Of a stretch of DNA of 57,139 bases, positions 53,916-57,139 are shown piece by piece. The stretch comes from Nitrospirota bacterium. GTDB taxonomy: Bacteria > Nitrospirota > Nitrospiria > SBBL01 > SBBA01. Positions within the stretch are counted from its first letter, which is position 1. Each line of letters begins with the position of its first letter. The notes under the pieces are model-generated. The model saw nothing but the letters and a program-made list of their open reading frames with translations. It was not told the origin of the DNA and did not search any database. Location of the stretch: positions 1 to 57,139 of the forward strand of contig JBBTIN010000043.1 in the NCBI GenBank assembly GCA_038059935.1, read 5' to 3'. The translations under genes and the position numbers were made by a program.

Positions 53916-54296
53916 ATGCGTTCGATAGTAACAGATTCTTGGGTCATGGGAAGTGCAAAAGATATTAAGCGGTCGGTGGATTTTTACGCCAAGTTTGGCC
54001 TCACGCCTTCCATGCAAACGTCCTTTTATGCCGAGATGGAAATTCCCGGCGGCACGGTTTTAGGACTTCACCTAAAAGGCGATGATAAGGGCGAACAGAA
54101 AAAAACGGCGAGCCGTCAAACTAAAGAAGGTGTGAGCCTGATGCTTCGTGTAAAGGATATTCAGAAGGCCGTGGCTGCCCTAAAGCTTAAAAAGGTGGTG
54201 TGCGGAAAAATTCAAAAAGCCCCGGGAGGCGCCATTTTCTCAAAAGTAGCAGATCCAGACGGCAACCGTTTGATTCTCCTAGAGATGCCGAAATAG
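53916..54296 (+). CDS. VOC (glyoxalase/bleomycin-resistance) family protein
   Basis: 126-aa ORF with SD AGGAGG, and a C-terminal DPDGNRLILLE typical of the VOC fold. Confidence 0.65.
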   Translation: MRSIVTDSWVMGSAKDIKRSVDFYAKFGLTPSMQTSFYAEMEIPGGTVLGLHLKGDDKGEQKKTASRQTKEGVSLMLRVKDIQKAVAALKLKKVVCGKIQKAPGGAIFSKVADPDGNRLILLEMPK

Positions 54297-54312
54297 AAAA
54301 GCGAGAAGGCGT

Positions 54313-55920
54313 ATGGACAAAACGGCTTTAGATTCGCTCATTTTTGATGATTCTTTTACACGTGCGTTGCCCGCTGATTCCGAACCGAGGAATTATCGTC
54401 GACAAGTGATACGCTCCTGTTACTCCCATGTCATACCGACAAAAGTTTCAAAACCAACCTTGGTTTCGTACGCGAAGGAAGTTGCAGCGCAGCTGAATCT
54501 AGACAGTGATGCCTGTGAATCGGATCAATTCACACAGGTATTTTCGGGCAATGATCTCCTTGCCGGCATGCGTCCGTATGCAGCCTGTTACGGTGGCCAC
54601 CAATTTGGTAATTGGGCAGGCCAACTTGGGGATGGCCGCGTGATCAATCTGGGGGAAATCGTTAATCCGCAGGGGGAAAGACTCACGTTGCAGATCAAAG
54701 GATCTGGCCTCACGCCGTATTCCAGAACGGCGGATGGATTAGCCGTGTTGCGATCATCTGTCCGTGAGTTTTTGTGCAGTGAGGCTATGCATCATCTTGG
54801 CGTCCCCACAACGCGTGCATTAAGCCTTGTGTTAACAGGCGAAAAAGTAAAGCGAGATATGTTTTACGATGGCCATCCGCAGATGGAACCCGGCGCGATC
54901 GTTTGCCGCGTTGCGCCCTCGTTCATCCGCTTTGGAAATTTTCAGATCCATGCGATGCGCGGAGAAATGGAACTATTAAAAGCGCTGGTAGACTATACGC
55001 TTCGTCATCACTTTCCTCATTTGGGTGAACCCTCTAAAGAAGTTTACATTGCATGGTTTCAGGAAGTTTGCTCTACGACTGCAAAGATGATCGTCGAGTG
55101 GATGCGTGTCGGATTTGTCCATGGCGTGATGAACACGGATAATATGTCGATTCTCGGATTGACAATTGACTATGGTCCTTACGGATGGCTGGAGAATTAC
55201 GATCCGAACTGGACCCCGAACACCACCGATGCGGGACGCCGTCGCTACCGCTTTTCCCACCAGCACAAAATTGCCCTTTGGAATCTCTACCAATTGGCCA
55301 ATGCAATCGTCCCACTCATAGGCGAAACCGAGCCGTTGGAGGAGGCCCTTGATGCATACGCGGAAATCTATACACAGCAATGGCTATCTATGATGGGTAA
55401 AAAACTGGGTCTTCATACAATCAACCCTGAAAAAGACGATGCGCTGATTGCGGAGCTTCTTGCCATATTGGAATGGGTTGAGACGGACATGACCCTTTTC
55501 TACCGAAAGCTTGCCAATATCCTGATAAGCCGTAACCCCAGTAAAGATGGGGGCGATGAGGATTTCTTGTCAATTTTTATGGATGCGTATTACCAACCGG
55601 AGCAGTTAACGAGTGAGTACAAAGCACGGTTTGGGAGGTGGATACAAAGTTACAAATCACGTGTGGCTGAAGAAAATATTCCCGACGATATCCGGCAGAA
55701 GCAAATGAATGCCGTCAACCCTAAATATGTGTTGCGGAACTACCTGGCCCAGCAGGCGATCGACAGGGCGGAACAAGGGGATCACGCGATGATTGCTGAA
55801 CTATTAGAATTGTTACGACATCCATATGATGAGCAGCCAGACAAAGAAGCCTTCGCAAGCAAGCGTCCTGATTGGGCACGCAATAGGCCCGGTTGTTCTA
55901 TGTTATCCTGCAGTTCTTAA
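54313..55920 (+). CDS. selO: protein adenylyltransferase SelO (YdiU/UPF0061)
   Basis: 535-aa ORF with YGGHQFGNWAGQLGDGR, RTADG, and FVHGVMNTDNMSILGLTIDYGPYGW. Confidence 0.93.
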   Translation: MDKTALDSLIFDDSFTRALPADSEPRNYRRQVIRSCYSHVIPTKVSKPTLVSYAKEVAAQLNLDSDACESDQFTQVFSGNDLLAGMRPYAACYGGHQFGNWAGQLGDGRVINLGEIVNPQGERLTLQIKGSGLTPYSRTADGLAVLRSSVREFLCSEAMHHLGVPTTRALSLVLTGEKVKRDMFYDGHPQMEPGAIVCRVAPSFIRFGNFQIHAMRGEMELLKALVDYTLRHHFPHLGEPSKEVYIAWFQEVCSTTAKMIVEWMRVGFVHGVMNTDNMSILGLTIDYGPYGWLENYDPNWTPNTTDAGRRRYRFSHQHKIALWNLYQLANAIVPLIGETEPLEEALDAYAEIYTQQWLSMMGKKLGLHTINPEKDDALIAELLAILEWVETDMTLFYRKLANILISRNPSKDGGDEDFLSIFMDAYYQPEQLTSEYKARFGRWIQSYKSRVAEENIPDDIRQKQMNAVNPKYVLRNYLAQQAIDRAEQGDHAMIAELLELLRHPYDEQPDKEAFASKRPDWARNRPGCSMLSCSS

Positions 55921-55951
55921 AATTTTTGGAAAACCGGGTAGTCGAGAGCCG

Positions 55952-56029
55952 CTATTCCTTCATCACTTTGAACATGATCCAGACGAGAAAGACAAAAACA
56001 CCCACATTCAGAATCATTCCAATTAGCAT
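55952..56029 (-). CDS. possible 25-aa hydrophobic small protein
   Basis: MLIGMILNVGVFVFLVWIMFKVMKE, with AAGGA 4 nt upstream of the ATG. It lies between purU plus REP copy F and the convergent selO. It is below the ORF-track length cut-off. Confidence 0.25.
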   Translation of the reverse strand: MLIGMILNVGVFVFLVWIMFKVMKE

Positions 56030-56100
56030 ACAGTCCTTCTTGCAGCCGACCGTGCCGCCATTGCTGCCACAAAGCAAACCGCGGCGGAATTATGTCTTTT

Positions 56101-56165
56101 CCGCGACCAACGGGAAGCGGGGATAGGCTGCGGAGCAGTCGTAATCGCCCTTGCCCGTCGGCGAG
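56101..56165 (-). repeat. REP-like element, copy F (full length)
   Basis: On the minus strand it follows the purU stop directly. Modules in order: CTCGCC-gacg-GGCAAG(GGCG), GACTGC-tcc-GCAGCC, TATCCCC, then CTTCCCGTTGGTCGCGG. Confidence 0.8.
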
Positions 56166-57023
56166 TTAGGTGAAGACAACGGTTTTATTGTCATGAACCA
56201 AAACGCGGTCTTCGATATGCCAGATCACTGCGCGTGCCAGCACGGCTCTTTCGATATGTTGTCCCAGCTGTTTTAAGTCTGAAACAGTGTGCCGATGATT
56301 GACCCGTTCCAGCCCTTGCTCGATAATGGGTCCGGCGTCCAAGTTCTCCGTGACATAATGTGCAGTTGCGCCAATGAGCTTCACTCCGCGTTCAGATGCT
56401 TGAAGGTAGGGATTGGCCCCGACAAAGGCCGGTAGAAAGCTATGATGAATATTGATGATCTTATTTGGATAATGGCCGATCAAATAAGGGGTTACAATTT
56501 GCATATATCGCGCCAACACAACCAGATCCACTTTCCCTGCCATCAGCGCAATTTGTTTTTCTTCTGCTTTTTTCCTTTCATTTTTATCAACGGGAATACA
56601 GTGAAAAGGAATGCCTTCGGCGTTGGAAATTTTTTCGAGATCGGGATGATTTGAAATAATCATTGATATCTCTGCCATCAGATCGCCGGAACGCCTTCGC
56701 CAAAGGAGTTCAAGTAGGGCATGTTCTGCCTTGGATACAAAAATGGCGAGCCGTTTGATGCGACTTTTGCGAGTGAAACGCCATTGCATATGAAATTCGT
56801 TTGCAATATCGGAAAAGTGATCTTTGAATATCGCCTCGCTTTCTTCAATATTGGGAAGATGGAACTCCACCCGCATGAAAAATGTGCCACCAGTCGGGTC
56901 GGAACTGTGTTGGTCTGACGAAATAATATTCGCCCCCTGCTCGTATAAAAAATGAGAGACAGCGGCAACAATGCCGGGCCGATCTGGGCAAGAAATTAAA
57001 AGACGTCCGATATTGTTCAACAA
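56166..57023 (-). CDS. purU: formyltetrahydrofolate deformylase
   Basis: 285-aa ORF with an N-terminal ACT domain (LLISCPDRPGIVAAVSHFL) and a formyltransferase core (VLARYMQI, NIHHSFLPAFVG). Confidence 0.93.
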   Translation of the reverse strand: MLNNIGRLLISCPDRPGIVAAVSHFLYEQGANIISSDQHSSDPTGGTFFMRVEFHLPNIEESEAIFKDHFSDIANEFHMQWRFTRKSRIKRLAIFVSKAEHALLELLWRRRSGDLMAEISMIISNHPDLEKISNAEGIPFHCIPVDKNERKKAEEKQIALMAGKVDLVVLARYMQIVTPYLIGHYPNKIINIHHSFLPAFVGANPYLQASERGVKLIGATAHYVTENLDAGPIIEQGLERVNHRHTVSDLKQLGQHIERAVLARAVIWHIEDRVLVHDNKTVVFT

Positions 57024-57139
57024 AAAGTCTCCCGTTTTTTTATAATGACGAGAAGCATATCCTAATTGAGTACAAGCTACAAGTGATTCCCTAAAACAGA
57101 GATAGGAGTTTAAAAAAGCTTGGAAGCCCTCTTGGATAT

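Overview
This is a 57.1-kb chromosomal window from a Gram-negative, flagellated bacterium. There is no rRNA or tRNA, so I cannot assign a taxon. All calls come from reading the ORF track and the DNA; no database search was run.

Most of the window is housekeeping, in this order:
- minus strand: luxC-like reductase, rng, rodA, mrdA, mreDCB, an RDD protein, purN and purM
- plus strand: a tightly packed five-gene operon of AsnB-like amidotransferase, ACP, AMP-ligase, NadE-like PP-loop enzyme and CelD/GNAT-like protein
- minus strand: a System I cytochrome c maturation operon, ccmABC, a CcmE-like/CcmD-like ORF, ccmE, ccmF and ccmG. A toxin-antitoxin pair with a frameshifted toxin is inserted between ccmF and ccmG.
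- plus strand: an OmpA-family gene, then flgF, G, A, H, I, J, M, N, K and L
- minus strand: an uncharacterised cassette at 33.7-39.1 kb, then proC
- plus strand: two tandem OmpL-like porins, amtB, glnK, glnD and waaA
- remaining genes: hicBA, acs, a hypothetical gene, a GC-rich orphan P-loop ATPase, a SirB1/transglutaminase-like gene, a VOC gene, selO and purU

The best candidate for an undescribed system is the cassette between flgL and proC (33760-39067). It holds two minus-strand transcription units. Each is preceded by the same roughly 190-205 bp regulatory module, which runs from a near-perfect 14-bp palindrome, through an AT-rich tract, to a sigma-54-type -24/-12 box.
- Unit 1 encodes a 714-aa helical-repeat protein with a C-terminal HExxH zincin motif, followed by a clan-CD (gingipain-like) His/Cys protease-like protein.
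- Unit 2 encodes a nine-cysteine 138-aa protein, a 91-aa protein and a class-3 lipase.

Other notable items:
- a modular REP-like element family; three copies start directly after stop codons
- a CcmE-like OB-fold ORF with a CcmD-like tail
- a structured GC-rich intergenic region with an intrinsic terminator at 51.7-51.9 kb
- an apparently leaderless GC-rich ATPase gene
- several conserved hairpins and inverted repeats
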